Shown one piece after another: positions 23,101-37,224 of a DNA stretch of 64,000 bases. Position 1 is the first letter of the stretch. Each line of letters begins with the position of its first letter. The stretch is taken from NCBI GenBank assembly GCA_951406725.2, contig OX597822.1:96844001-96908000 (forward strand), written 5' to 3'. The notes under the pieces were generated by a model. The model saw nothing but the letters and a program-made list of their open reading frames with translations. It searched no databases and was not told where the DNA came from. A program made the translations under genes and the position numbers. The stretch comes from Octopus vulgaris (lineage: Eukaryota).

Positions 23101-23578
23101 CTCAGACTTTTATTTGTATTATTAAGGTGGTGATTTGGCAGAATTGTTTAGCACTTTGGGCAAAATGCTTTGTGGCATTTCATCCATCATTATGTTCTGA
23201 GTTCAGATTCTGCCAAGGTCAACTTTGCCTTTTCATCCCCTCTTGTGGTTGACAAAATAAGTACCAGTTGAGCACTGGGATCAATGTAATCAACTTACCC
23301 CTTTCCTCGAAATTACTGGCCTTGTGTCAAAATTTGAAACTGTAATTATTATTATTATTATTATTGTTAGCATGCTGGGTGAAATGCTTAGCAGCATTTT
23401 GTCTGTCCTTACATTCTGAGTTCAAATTCTGCTGAGGTCGACTTTGCCTTTCATCCTTTCGGGATTGATAAATTAAGCACCAGTTGCATACTGGAGTCGA
23501 TTTAATCAGCTGGCCCCCCTCCTGAAAAATTTCAGGCCTTGTGCCTATAGTAGAAAGGATTATTATTATTATTATTAT

Positions 23579-23615
<37 letters not shown>

Positions 23616-23975
23616 TCAAACGCTGCCAAGGTCAACTTTACCTTTTGAAATTTTGGGGTCAATAAAATTAGTACCATTGAGCTTAGGGTTGAATATAATC
23701 AACAAGCCTTCTCTCATGAAATTTCAGGCCTTGTGTTTATAGTGCAAAGGAACATTAATAATGGTTTCAAATTTTGGACCAAGGTCAGCATGTTCAGGGA
23801 AGCTGGTAAGTCAATTATTTCAACTCCAGTGATCAACTGGTACTTATTTCATAGAACCCTGAAAGGATGAAAGGCAAAGTTGACCTCAGCAGAGTTCTGA
23901 ACGAAAAGGCTGACAAAATGCCACTTAGCATTTTATCATACATGCTAAGGATTCTGCCAACTCACTACTTTAATA

Positions 23976-24187
23976 CGACCGCAGCGGAATTTGAACTCAG
24001 CAAAGTCGACCGCAGTGGAAGTTGAACTCAGCAGAGTCGACCGCAGTGGAAATTGAACTCAGCAGAGTCGACCGCAGTGGAAATTGAACTCAGCAGAGTC
24101 GACCGCAGTGGAAATTGAACTCAGCAAAGTCGACCGCAGTGGAAGTTGAACTCAGCAAAGTCGACTGCAGAGGAATTTGAACTCAGA
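23976..24187 (-). repeat. 31 bp tandem repeat x7 derived from the SINE-A B-box region
   Basis: gtcgaccgcagtggaaattgaactcagcaga at 24005, 24036, 24067, 24098, 24129 and 24160, plus a partial first unit. Confidence 0.95.
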
Positions 24188-24233
24188 ACATACCACTAAG
24201 TATTTTGCTCAGTGTGCTAACGATTCTGCCCTA

Positions 24234-24264
<31 letters not shown>

Positions 24265-24265
<1 letters not shown>

Positions 24266-24490
24266 TTGTCGGAGCCCTGGTAACAGTGAGTAAAAGTCTT
24301 GAGATGTACATGGAACAAATAGGGGCTGCAATAAGGGTGGAGCACTTGCAGAAAATGGGAGTGCTTGGAACCGCTCGAATACTCCGGATGGTGCTTAAAA
24401 AATAAAGGGTGTTACCTTAGTTCACTGGTAGTGCACAGCTGACACCATAGTACATCTCCAGCGTTAGAAGCTGTGCAAAGATGATAATCC
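24265..24490 (+). mobile_element. R4/Dong-like LINE 3' fragment adjoining (TAA)n
   Basis: IVGALVTVSKSLEMYMEQIGAAIRVEHLQKMGVLGTARILRMVLKK* directly after a (TAA)n run. Dong elements are known to target TAA repeats. Confidence 0.8.
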
Positions 24491-25362
24491 TTTCTACTAA
24501 AAGGTACAAGGCTAGTAATTTTGGAGGAGGTTGGATAGTCAATTACCTCAACCCCAGTGCGTAACTGGTACCTATTTTATCGACCCTGAAAGGATGGAAG
24601 GCAAAGTTAACCACAGCGAAATTTGAACTCAAAATGTGAAGACAGATGAAATACCACTAAGTTTTCGCCTGGCATGCTACCAATTCTGCCAGCTTGCTGC
24701 CTTAATGATAACAATGATAATAATGGTTTCAAATTTTGGCACAAGGCCAGGAATTTTTAGCAGAGGGGTAAGTTGATTTCGTCAACACCCGGTATTTGGT
24801 TTGTTCTTTTATTTTCATCTATCTCATAAAGATGAAATGGAATGTTGACCTTGGCGGTATTTGAACTCAGAATGTAAAGAGCTAGAAAATTGCTGCTAAG
24901 CATACACACATGCTTATTGGCACAAACATACATGCACAGTTGCACTCTTGCTATGTAGGTTGGTGTATAGAAAATCCATTATGTTTAAAAGAAGTACCTA
25001 CACTTCAATCCATTAACTCCACGGGGCTGTTCATGTGGCAGCGATGGGTGGGTGAGGCACTTGGATATTTCAGAAGAATTTAAAGGAGCATCTTATAAGT
25101 TTTGACTGAATCAAAAAACCTAAAACAATATTTTTAAGAAGGATCTGGAAAACTAATCAGATTGTTGTGTGTGTGTGTGTGTATTTGTATATGTATGTAT
25201 ATGGGTATATATGTGTATATATATATATTTAAAGGGCTAAATTAGGCTGTATTAGAATTTTCTCTGATTTTTCAGATTTTTGTATGCTAGGCTACTGGTT
25301 TTAAATTGATATTAATTAAATTAATATTCAATTTATCTCCCTCATTATTTAAATGTTTTTAT

Positions 25363-25860
25363 ATCATCATCATCATCATCATCATCGTTTAACGTCCGTT
25401 CTCCATGCTAGCATGGATTGGACGGTTCAACCGGGGATCTGAGAAGCCAGAAGGCTGCACCAGGCTCCAGTCTTATCTGGCAATGTTTCTACAGCTGGAT
25501 GCCCTTCCTAACGCCAACCACTCCGTGAGTGTAGTGGGTGCTTTTTACGTGCCACCTGCACAGGTGCCAGGCGAGGCTGGCAACGGCCACGGTCGGATTG
25601 GTGTATTTTATGTGCCACCGGCACGGAAGCCAGTGGAGGCGGCGCTGGCATCGGCCACGAGTCGGATAGTGCTTTTTACGTACCACCAGACCAGGGATCC
25701 TGGCTGGTTCAATTCGATTTTGATTTCGCTTGCCCCAACATGTCTTTGCAAGCAAAGGGGGTTGGCATGGGTGCCTGTCGTCGGATGAGGTTCTATATCG
25801 ACTTCGCTTGCCTCAACAGGTCTTTGTGTCCAAGGGAGGAAAGGCATTCATAAGTGGGCT
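25363..25860 (-). mobile_element. RTE 3' UTR copy (variant subfamily)
   Basis: Same terminal 200 bp, with divergent upstream repeat units. Confidence 0.85.
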
Positions 25861-25899
25861 TATATAATCTATATATATATATATATATATACAAACACA

Positions 25900-26127
25900 C
25901 ACTCTTTTACTTTTTTACTTGTTTGAGTCATGTTGGGATTATGGTCATGCTGGAGCACTGCCTTAAAGGGGATTTTAGTCAAAGAAATCAACCCCAAACT
26001 TATTCTTTGTAAGCTTAGTACTTATTCTATCGGTCACTTTTGCCGAACTGCTAAGTTACAGGAATGTAAACACACCAACATCATTTGTGAGCCGATTGTG
26101 GCGGGGATCAGACACAAAGGTACACAC

Positions 26128-26170
<43 letters not shown>

Positions 26171-26570
26171 CGCAGTAGTGGCTGTGTGGTAAGTAGCTTG
26201 TTTACCAACCACATGGTTCCGGGTTCAGTCCCACTGCGTGACACCTCGGGCAAGTGTCTTCTACTATAGCCTCGGGCCGACCAAAGCCTTGTGAGTGGAT
26301 TTGGTAGACGGAAACTGAAAGAAGCCTGTTGTATATATGTATGTATATATATGCGTGTGTGTGTTTGTGTGTCTGTGTTTGTTCCCCTAGCATTGCTTGA
26401 CAACCGATGCTGGTGTGTTTATGTCCCTATTACTTAGCAGTTCGGCAAAAAAGTCCGATAGAATAAGTACTGGGCTTACAAAAGAATAAGTCCTGGGGTT
26501 GAGTTGCTCGATTAAAGGCAGTGCTCCAGCATGGCCACAGTCAAATGACTGAAACAAGTAAAAGAGTAAA
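25900..26570. mobile_element. Inverted SINE-B pair (3' half on minus 25900-26130; full copy on plus 26168-26570)
   Basis: Consensus matches on opposite strands. Confidence 0.85.
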
Positions 26571-26757
26571 AAAAGTGTGTGTGTATATATATACACACAC
26601 ACATACACATATATATATTTCATATATGTGTATATTTCAGTTCCCCCGCCCCTAACTGGTTAGGCAACAGACTAAATGCATATCAGTGGTTTTTAAAAAT
26701 TTTGTTATTACTCAAGTTTGCAGAAGTATGTCCATAATCTCTGTGGGCCTTCTTACA

Positions 26758-27165
26758 CCTATTTCTTTACTACCCACAAGGGGCTAAACACGGAGGGGAC
26801 AGACAAACGGATTAAGTCGATTATATCGACCCCAGTGCATAACTGGTACTTATTTAATCGACCCCGAAAGGATGAAAGGCAAAGTCGACCTCGGTGGAAT
26901 TTGAACTCAGAACGTAGCGGCAGACAAAATACCTATTTCTTTATTACCCACAAGGGGCTAAACACAGAGGGGACAAACAAGGACAGACAAATGGATTAAG
27001 TCGATTACATCGACCCCAGTGCGTAACTGGTACTTTATTTATCAACCCCGAAAGGATGAAAGGCAAAATTCGACCTCTGCGGAATTTGAACTCAGAATGT
27101 AGCGGCAGACGAAATACCACTAAGCATTTCGCCCAGTGTCTAACGATTCTACCAGCTCGTCGCCT
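26758..27165 (-). mobile_element. SINE-A dimer
   Basis: Full copy plus head-truncated copy; TSD cttacacct. Confidence 0.9.
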
Positions 27166-27820
27166 TACACCTGGAAGAGGGGGGGAGCTTGGTGTGGTTG
27201 ATTGTTCAGTTTCAACTTGTATAGGAAGACTTTGAATTAGGTAGGGAATTCTTGAAGAAGTGTGTGTGTGTGGTGGTGGTGGTGGTGTTGGGATGGGGCG
27301 TTTTGCACTTGTGCTAAAAAAAATCTTAAGTGTGAAGTTTGGATGATAAGACACAGCAGGGTTGAAGAAAATAAAGGAAAAGGATACATTAGTTAGGGTT
27401 GGATGAAGACTCCATATGCTGCTAGATAGTTCTGAGCTAGAGAGATGTTTGGAAAAGAAATGGGGGTGGGGAGGAAACAGAAAGAAGAACAATAATGTAT
27501 TTAGGGGTCAGAAGTTGCAGTGTGTTGGTGTGTTCGTTTCCCATTTTTTAACTTTCTATGTTTTCTATATACTTCCTTCTCAACTTTTTGTGTTTCTTCT
27601 CTCGTTCATTTTTTAGTTCATTATGGTATGTGGTTTGTGCCTGATGAATATATCTGAGGTATTTCTCAGCATATGAAACTATTTGTAGCACATAAAAACA
27701 CGCATTGCATCTTTTAAGTAATATCACCAGATGGAGTACTTTTTTTTGTTGATCTTACCATCATGAAACAGTACATTATATATATATATGTATATATATA
27801 TATATGTATATATATATATG

Positions 27821-27886
<66 letters not shown>

Positions 27887-27894
27887 ACAAATAA

Positions 27895-28056
27895 AGGCGC
27901 AGGAGTGGCTGTGTGGTAAGTAGCTTGCTTACCAACCACATGGTTCCGGGTTCAGTCCCACTGCGTGGCATCTTGGGCAAGTATGTTCTACTATAGCCTC
28001 GGGCCGACCAATGCCTTGTGAGTGGATTTGGTAGACGGAAACTGAAAGAAGCCTGT

Positions 28057-28117
<61 letters not shown>

Positions 28118-28340
28118 GTGTGTCTGTGTTTGTCCCTCTAGCATTGCTTGACAACCGATGCTGGTGTGTTTACGTCCACGTCACTTAGCGGTTCGGCAAA
28201 AGAGACCGATAGAATAAGTACTGGGCTTACAAAAGAATAAGTCCCGGGATCGATTTGCTCGACTAAAGGCGATGCTCCAGCATGGCCGCAGTCAAATGAC
28301 TGAAACAAGTAAAAGAGAGAAAAGAGAAAGAGAGAAAGGA
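27895..28340 (+). mobile_element. SINE-B, full length
   Basis: ggcgcaggagtggctgtgtggtaag ... gactgaaacaagtaaaagag tail. Confidence 0.9.
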
Positions 28341-28679
28341 TTTCATTAATTTATACTATGACTTTTAAAATCTGTATTTTTAAAATCTGCAGAATGTTTT
28401 AAAATTAAGGATAATAATAAGAATAACTTTTATTTAAAAAAATGAACTGGAACGAAGGATAGACTGGACATTGCCATGAACTAGATCTGGTCTGTAGGTT
28501 ACATGTTCGAAAACCTTGTTGCCATAAAAACAGGTAAACACATCACAAGCAATAGTGTTAAATATTTATGAAGATCATACACTTGTAATGACATAATTAA
28601 CTAAATGTAACGAGCTAAATAAACTTTGGTTTTGTCACTTATATACCTTTTTATCTGCTAATCTACAGCAATGAAAATA

Positions 28680-30195
28680 ATTGTTTCTAATTTAGGTACA
28701 AGGCCAACTATTTTGAGGGGAAGGACTTTAGTTGATTATATCGACCCTGACATTTGACTGGTATTTTTATTTTATTAATCTTGAAAGGATGAAAGTTAAA
28801 GTTAACTTTGGTGGGATTTGAACTCAGAATGTACAGAGCCAAAATAGGCATTTTCTCTGACACTAACAATTCTTCCAATCCACTTACAGTAATAATGATT
28901 ATTATTGCTATTATAGTTATTTCAAATTTTGGGACAAAAGCCAGCAGTCTCAGTGGGGGGGGGGTTTAGTCATTTACATTGATTCCAGTATTTTACTGGT
29001 ACTTTAAAACCAAAGTGCTTCGTAAAAAGCATTGGTGTATGTACTGGTACCGTGTAAAATGCATTGGTGCTGGTGCCACATAAAAAGCACCCAGTACACT
29101 ATGTAGAGTGGTTGGTATTTGGAAGGGCATCCAACTGTAAAAACCAAGCCAAAACTGACTATGGACCCTAGTGCAGTCCCTGCCCTTGCCACTTTCTGTC
29201 AAGCTGTCCAACCTATGCCAGCAAGGAAAATGGACATTAAATGTTAATGATGATGAATACTGAATGGATGAAAGGCAAAATTAATATTGCTGCAATTTAA
29301 ACTCCAAACATAAAGAGTCTGAAGAACTGCCTCTAAGCATTTTGCCCAACACACTAATGTGTCTGCCAGCTTATTGCTCTAGCAATAAGTGTTTCAAATT
29401 TTGGCATAAGGCCATCAGTTTTAACCCTTTAGTGTTCGCATTATTCTACCAAAATTAATGCTTTTTCATCCACCTTGTTTTGAACTAATCATGCATTATC
29501 TTGTAGCTATGAGATTTTGATGACTTAGCTGTTAATTTTTAAAACGATATTGTAGGGTTGGTGTGAGAGACCAGATCTGGCCAGTTTGAACATAAAACAG
29601 GCAGAATACTTTTGGCCGGATATGGCCGGTTTAAATGCTAAAGGGTTAAGGGAGAAGGCTAATCAATTACATCAACCACAGTACTTACCTTGCATTTATT
29701 CATTGACCCCTAAAAAGGTAAAAGGCATAATTGGTCTCAGTGTGATTTGAACTCATTATGTAAAGAACCAGAAGAACTGTCACTAAGCTTTTTGTCCAAT
29801 GTGTTAATGATTCTGCCAGCTGACTGCCGTATTGTTTCTCCTATAGGCACAAGGCCTGGAATTTTAAGGGAGGAGTCTAGTCAATTACAGTGATCTCTGT
29901 GGTCAAATGGTACTTATTTTATCAACCCAGAAAGGATGAAAGGCAAAGTCAACCTTGGTGGAATTTGAACTCAGAATGTAACGCAGAATGAAACACCACT
30001 ATGCACTTCGCCCAGCATGCTAACAATTATGACAGCTTGCCCCCTTAATAATAGTAAGAATGTTAGTTTCTGATTTAGGCAGAAGACCAGTAATTTTGAG
30101 GGAAGTGGGGCTAATCAACTACATTGACTGTAGTACTTAATTAGTACTTCATTTTATCAAATCCAAAAGAATGAAAATCAAAGTTGACCTCGGCA
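28680..30195 (-). mobile_element. Cluster of older SINE-A-related copies with a nested RTE tail and MITE
   Basis: Repeated aaaggatgaaaggcaaagt..atttgaactcagaatgta motifs. Confidence 0.7.
29425..29645. mobile_element. piggyBac-type MITE (family P1)
   Basis: TTAA|ccctttag ... ctaaaggg|TTAA. Confidence 0.85.
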
Positions 30196-31509
30196 GGAGA
30201 CATTACAATCCCTTCTGACCAAGATATTACTCTAAAAGAAGAGCAAAAACAGTCATAATAGAGAGATCTTGAAAATATTTAAGACAAGAGGTATGAAAGT
30301 GAAAATTGTACCAATAATAATTGGGGCATTAGTTAAGGTAAAGAAAAAATAGATAAGCCATCTCTAGAGGGACTGATGAGCATGACACCTTTTTTTAATA
30401 TTGGTGCCATGAACGGTCAGCAGAGTTTTGGATCAAGACACCCACATAAATTGGATTTTCTCCATTTTTGACAGGGAATTTTCCAACCTTTTTCTCTTTT
30501 TTGCCACAGCCTTTAAAATGATAGGGGAGGGGCATCTTTTTATGAAAAAAAAGATTTTGAAAAAAATTTTTTTTTTTTCACCACAACCCACTCTGGACTG
30601 ATTTTAGCGAATTGTTTTGGTACTATGTACTAAAAAACCATGAGAGAAGCCTTTTGGTAAAAAAAAAAAAATTGTAGATATTTTCAGATATGTGTGTGAT
30701 TTAAGGGAGATTTGGGTGAGAGTGACAAAGAAATGAGAAAGGTGGTCATAAGATGTGCTAGAAACAGGTCAAATCTCAAATCACACATCTTTTCATTTGA
30801 AAATACTTACAATTCTTTTTTACTGAAAAGGTTTCTCTTCTCTCATTGTTTTTAAGTGCATAGAGCTGAAAAATTGACCAAAATCAATCTGGATGGGGTG
30901 GTGATGGGTTAAGGTGAAAAAAAAAAGAAATTTTCATAAATTTATTTTCCTAAAAAATGCTCCTTGGCATTTCAAAGGCCATGGTGAAAAAAAAAATTGG
31001 AAACATTCCCATCAAAGCAGAGAAAATCCAGCTTCTGTGGGCGTCCTGATCCGAAACTCTTCAGGAAAAGTCCACCTTGTACACACTGAAATGTGGTTGG
31101 CAAATGAGCAGAGAAAGCATACAGCCATGAGGTTCCCTTTATTCCTGTCTCATTAAGGGCTTAGACATATCTCTATTGCTATAGCCTTGAAAATATGCTC
31201 CAAGTACTCTCTATAAAATAATTGATGATAGAAAAGAGATCTAACCATAGAAATCAAACCAAATTACATGTACGAGTACCAGTCTATGGGAACTGTGGCT
31301 CCCAATAAGGAATGACTCAGACTATGATGACCCAGCTAACCCATGCTGACATGGAAAACGGATGTAAAATGATGATAATTGTGAAGCAATAAGCTTGAGC
31401 ATTTAACTATGCATTCTTTGTTGCTCTTGCTTCAGCCAAGAGTTTTACTTTCTTGACATCTTTTGTTATGATATGGAAAAAACAAAAATAAATTTATCTT
31501 TTATTTTTC

Positions 31510-31900
31510 TATCTTTTACTTGTTTCATTCATCAGACTGCAGCCATGCTGGGGCAATGCCTTCAAGAAACTTTAGTTGAATGTATTTACCTTTGCTCTAA
31601 TTTATTTGTTTTAAGGCCTGGTACTTATTTTATAGGTCTTTTTTGCCAAGCCGCTAAGTTACGGTGGATGTAAACACATCAGCACCAGTTGTCAAGCAGT
31701 GGGAGCAGGGGGTACAGACACACACACACACACATATATGACTGGCTTCCTTCAGTTTCCATCTACCATATCCACTCACAAGGCTTTGGTCAGCCCATGG
31801 CTATAGTAGAAGACACTTGCTCAAGGTGTCACGCAATGGTACTGAACCCCAAACCATATGGTTAGGAAGCAAGCTTCTTACCACACAACCACACTTGTGC
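31510..31900 (-). mobile_element. SINE-B (older)
   Basis: Diverged consensus match. Confidence 0.8.
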
Positions 31901-32181
31901 TTATATAATTATGGATTATCAAAAATTTAAAAAAAAAAGAGAGAGAAATAACCTTGTCTTCCTTAATTCTGGAAAAAAAAAAACGATGTCTTACTCCAAT
32001 GAAATTCGTTCTCTCTAGAGAAATCACATTTCTCTTCAAGAGAGCAAAATGTGTTAGGATATCTTTTTTGCAGGTAGGTTCTTTTAGGATACTTCCAAGC
32101 TTGTATCTTCTCCCCAAAGCCTTGTCTTCTTTTCTGGTGCTTCCATGGACTAACATATACTTTGTATGGGTGGATGATTAA

Positions 32182-32391
32182 CCCTTTCGTTACCAAACCG
32201 GCTCTGGTTCTGAGTACAAATGTCTTGTTTGCATTAGTTTTGAATTAAAATCTTCCACCAAACCTTAGTCACAATTTATGTTCCTAACACTAGCTTAATG
32301 ATAACTAAGTTATTTTTCTAAATTCTTTGTTATATTTAAAGTAATTGAAAGAAACACAGAGCATCTCAAAATAAATACAGTAACGAAAGGG
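32182..32391. mobile_element. piggyBac-type MITE (family P2)
   Basis: TTAA|ccctttcgttac ... gtaacgaaaggg|TTAA. Confidence 0.9.
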
Positions 32392-32779
32392 TTAAGAAAC
32401 TAGAAATGATGCACACACACACACACACACACTGCAGTGGAATTGTTCTAGAGAACAGTAAGAATCAAGTGCAATGATTGAGTTTGAAGTGACCAGATAC
32501 AAAGGGATGCATTTTTTGTTTTCATTTCATAATTGAGTTTTTTTCTACTCCTCTGTTTGTTATGTGTTATAAATTAAATAATAGAAGCAGAGCATCAAGC
32601 ATACCTCAGTACACACACACACACTGCCCTTGTATGACTAGTTAAGTTGAAATTTCTCTTTCTCTTGCCCCCTTTCTCTTTCACTCTACCTTTTCTCTCA
32701 CCTCCCCCCCTTTCTCTCTCTTATCTCAGCCGAAGCTATTTTCATCAAGAGACTACGTCAATTCCCTGGGAAAATCTCA

Positions 32780-33232
32780 AGTTTTTCTCCAAGGTGAAAC
32801 TTTCCTCACGTGTAGCTTTGTTTCATTGAACCCATTTTCTTATTGTTCTCTCTCTTGCTGTGGTCACATGTCTTATCTGATTTTGGCTCAGCCAATTAGA
32901 GCCGAGGTCATGTGTTTTGTTTAGCCTTGATACTTTTCTCACAAGCCCAAAATCAAATACGGTCAGTTGTCACTCTTGATCTTGTTGTCGATGAAGCAAC
33001 ATCTAAGGAGTGATACAGTCATATTTATTGCAGAGATCAATCATCAGTCATACTGTTGACTTGTATTCTGTTTTATTGATCAACAATCAATACAGCCACA
33101 GAGATCAATGGTTCACTACCCAATATTCATATCATCAATCTCTGATTTTTGGAAAATACTATTTATGATCAGTCAGTCAATCCATTAACTGGATATTTAT
33201 AATTCTGTTTCCAATTTTTCAACGAAACAGCT
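32780..33232 (+). promoter_or_regulatory. Candidate promoter / 5' UTR of the SAM gene
   Basis: Repeat-free stretch upstream of the ATG with an E-box (CACGTG 32807-32812) and a CCAAT box (GCCAAT 32891-32896). Motifs only. The CAG at 33228-33230 could instead be a splice acceptor. Confidence 0.3.
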
Positions 33233-33274
33233 ATGGGTTGTTCCCTTCATCCATCCCAAACACTGAGAAAAAGA
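33233..33274 (+). CDS. Probable first coding exon of the SAM-domain gene (MGCSLHPSQTLRKR)
   Basis: ATG in strong context (cagctATGG), 14 codons, then donor AGA|GTAAGT. Phase 0 joins in frame to the acceptor at 39304 (ERRRMASS...). Confidence 0.65.
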
Positions 33275-33359
33275 GTAAGTTTAACTAGTTCTTTTTTGCA
33301 TTATTTTTGTTATTTTTCTTTTCTTGCATTTTTGGATTTTTTTTTGTTGTTATTCAACC

Positions 33360-33452
33360 TTAGTCATAGCACCAACTTCAACTTCTAACTTGTTGTCTCT
33401 TGAGTTCTCTGGGTGAGACTTGAAGTCAACTTGTACAAAGCAAAAGTCAAAC

Positions 33453-33496
<44 letters not shown>

Positions 33497-33702
33497 GGTT
33501 TAAAACGAACATAATTTTCTTTTTTTTTTTCGGACATTCACTAGTACAACACAAAAAAAAACAACAAATATATGGCACACTAGGTATAACAACAGCATGA
33601 ACTTCCAACCTGTTGTCTCTTGAGGTCTCTGGGTGAGACTTGGAGCCAACTTGTACAAATATAAAGCAAAAGTCAAACATAGAATAATAATAATAATAAT
33701 AA
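33360..33702 (+). mobile_element. Two related LINE-like 3' tails, each ending in (TAA)n
   Basis: ttgtctcttgag..ctctgggtgagacttg..caacttgtacaaa..gcaaaagtcaaacata(taa)n at about 33375 and 33600. Confidence 0.55.
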
Positions 33703-35161
33703 TGGTTTCAAATTTTGCCATAAGGGCAACAATTTGTGGGGAGGGGATAAGTCAATTACATCGACACCAATGCTCACTGGTACTTATTTTATTGACCCTG
33801 AAAGGATGAAAAGCAAAGTCAACCACAGTGGAATTTGATCTCAGAATTTGAAGCAGATGAAACACTGCTAAGCATTTCGCCCGGCGTGCTAACGATTCTG
33901 CCAGCCTGCCGTCTTAATAATAATAATAATAATAATAATCCTTTCAACTAAAGGCACAAGGCCTGAAATTTTGGAAAACATAAAGGGACAAAACAGGACG
34001 AAAGGTTACAACCTAATAATAATAATAATAATAATAAGGACGATGGTGATGATGTAATATGTGATAGACCTAACCAACTCAATACTGCATTAGATAAAGT
34101 AGAGAATTCAATTTGTGTCTATGAAATTTCTGTTTTATTTAAGACAACCTGGGGGTAAAACGCTGGTATTGGTGTGGCATCTATACTCTAATTTTTTGCT
34201 TAAGAAGCTTATACTAAAAAAAAAAAATTTAAAAAATTGTGTCAGTACTAAGTTTATATAGAATCCATGTTTTTTTTTTTTTATTTTATTTTTTTTTTCA
34301 CTCACTGTAAACAATTACAATAACAACTTTGACATCAGTAACTTAATATAGATTTTGATTAAAGCAGGCTTTAATTAATGACTTTTGTGTTATTGTTTGA
34401 TGGGTTTTGTGCTTATTTGTAAATTTTTGTTGTTGTTTCTGTGTAAGTGATAGTCTACAGAGTGTAATTACCTCACCCAATTCAGCAGCTAATGAAGTGT
34501 GCAATTACAACTAATTAGGGGAGATAACTTCATTACATAACTGCATTGAGCACCGAGTGAGCGCAGAGTAAGAGGGGTGGGAAGAGTATAAACTAGAGAA
34601 GTGGTGTCTGCCACCGTTACCACTACCATCGCTGCCACCACTAAGAACAACAGCAATTACAAGTAACAACCATTACAACTACAACACCGTAACAAATACC
34701 AACCAGTACTACTATAATGGTACAAACACTATCACAGTAACTTCTGTACAAACACATGAAATATGAACAATATATAAAAGTGTGTGTGTGTGTTTGTGTA
34801 TACATACATACATATAGTGTGTTTATGCGAAGGCACGTGTTCGGCTTATGGTTGTAAAGTTAAAGGGTTCGATTTCCAGTGGTGCTTTGCCCCAAGGGGA
34901 AAACTAAGCTAAGAGCATTAAATTCCTTGGAAGAAAGCAGCAAATGTATACAAAAACAAAGACAGAAAAAACGGACAATGTTACACAAATATAAATACAA
35001 TAAAAATAAGAACAGGACATAACAACAGGTGTCTTTCGACTAAGGACAAATTGAATTTCAAGAAATGTATATATATAAATAAATAAGGATAAGATCATCT
35101 TATCAAGTGGCCAGCATGGGAATAAAAACCTTCAAAAGTAATAATTATTATTAAAATTATA

Positions 35162-35278
<117 letters not shown>

Positions 35279-35452
35279 AGATTAAATGTGAATTACTGTA
35301 AGTTTCATCCTCTAATAATTTAATTGTTGAACAAGTTTGTATAGTGTTCCATGTACTATCATGCAATCAGAGCATGAAACTAAAAGTAGCTCACAGTTAA
35401 TACTGTATATATATTAAATGATATTTGTCTCTTAAATGATATTAGTCTCAAG

Positions 35453-35694
35453 GGCGGCGAGCTGGTAGAAACGTTAGCACGCCTGGCGAAATGCTTAGCG
35501 GTATTTCGTCTGCCGCTACGTTCTGAGTTCAAATTCCGCCGAGGTTGACTTTGCCTTTCATCCTTTCGAGGTCGATAAATTAAGTACCAGTTACGCACTG
35601 GGGTCGATATAATCGACTCAATCCGTTTGTCTGTCCTTGTTTGTCCTCTCTGTGTTTAGCCCCTTGTGGGTAATAAAGAAATAGGTATTTCGTC
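35453..35694 (+). mobile_element. SINE-A
   Basis: Consensus match; ends with 11 nt of a second unit (ggtatttcgtc). Confidence 0.9.
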
Positions 35695-36815
35695 TCTTAC
35701 CGGATGAAGTATTTCATTTTATTGATTCCACCAATATTAGGACAGTACATTACATGTGTGTGTTAGATAGATATTCTCAAAAAATAATCATTGCCAAAAG
35801 GCAAGGGAATATTCACTGTTCTTTAAATAGCACACTAATGTGGTAATCCTGTTCAGTTTTCCCAACATGTCTTGTACAACTGCCTGATGTGGTGCATGCA
35901 GCTGGCAGTATGTGCAGCATGTCGTTTCGAAATTTCTGGTAGAGTGAATTTTGTCATGGTGCTTTTTTTCTCACAGACTGTGCCCAACTGACCCTACTAT
36001 ACTGTGTAGTCGACAAAACCCAAAACAAACAGTGCGCATGTGCTAAGTTCAAAATATAAAATGGTAACAATTTACCCATCGTACCCTGTATATATATGGA
36101 AGACAGGTGTTTGTGTGTATATATATATGTGTGTGTGTGTGAGTGTGTATACAGAGAGAGAGAGAGAGAGAGAGGTGGATGTATACATGTCTATACATGG
36201 TTTATGTAACACTGGTATTATTTGCTGTATATTTATTCAGATATATATCTTGTCCCAAGTAACAATTTTCATGTCTACACATAGACATACATACAAATTC
36301 TTGCTCATTCACACACACACACACACACACCTATACATACACCCACTTGCTCTTATGCACATTGACACAATTATGCGGCTATATTATTTTTCCCTCTCTG
36401 TCATTTCCTAATTGCTTTTAACATGTGTGCGTGACGATAATGATGATGATGAGGGTGATGGCGATGATGAACTTGTGCTTGTCTAAGAAGATGCATGCGT
36501 TGCAAGTTAAGTCCTCATCTAACCCTTCCTTCCTCACTCCTCCTCTTCCTCTGTGTCTGTCTGTCTGTCTGTCTGTCTGTCTGCACCTTCCTCCTCCCTC
36601 CCTCCCCCTCTTTCAGTCTCTGTTACTAACACCATCATCAACAACAACAGCAATGGCCATAATCAAATAACCGCAAAAAGAAAAAAGAAAAAAAAAAGGA
36701 AAAAAATATCATTATTGGATTTTTGCCAATCCGATGTATTGGATTTGTGTGTGGATCACTATCAAGCAGTTGATTATCATATATAGTCAAATTCATCATC
36801 ATCATCATTATAATA

Positions 36816-36847
<32 letters not shown>

Positions 36848-36914
36848 CATGGTCTATTTCCATAAGTCTACTTTGAGCAGTGCAAGCTGACTGTGATCTG
36901 ACTTGGTGGTGTTG

Positions 36915-36955
<41 letters not shown>

Positions 36956-37224
36956 GGAAGTGACAGACAGCTTTAATAAAAGCGACAACAATAACAGCAG
37001 CAACAACAGCAGCTGTATAAATGATGATTAAAGAACCCCATCGACTGCAGTCTTAAAGGGATGGATATAAATACTTTTTAAGGGGACAGTAGCCCTCTTG
37101 GCAATGGAATTACCTAAGTATTTTCATATGATTTCTCTCTTTCACTCTCTCTCTGTCTGACTGTCTGTCTCAGTATTTTAAATGTTTTTGTATTAATTAT
37201 ATTGTGTGTGTGTGTGTGTGTGTG

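Larger units (their letters stand above)
23125..24900. mobile_element. Cluster of older SINE-A-related copies on both strands
   Basis: Repeated gagttcaaattctgc..aggtcaactttgcctttcatcc cores with an alternative ggccttgtg..aaatttgaa tail. Confidence 0.75.

Noticed and set aside
23976-24187. CRISPR-like array of 31 bp repeats
   Set aside because: Units are contiguous with no unique spacers, derive from a SINE, and the context is eukaryotic with no cas genes.
31878-32196. Minus-strand ORFs as a divergently transcribed gene
   Set aside because: No recognisable domain, weak splice signals, and ends overlap a SINE and a MITE; cannot be supported without transcripts.
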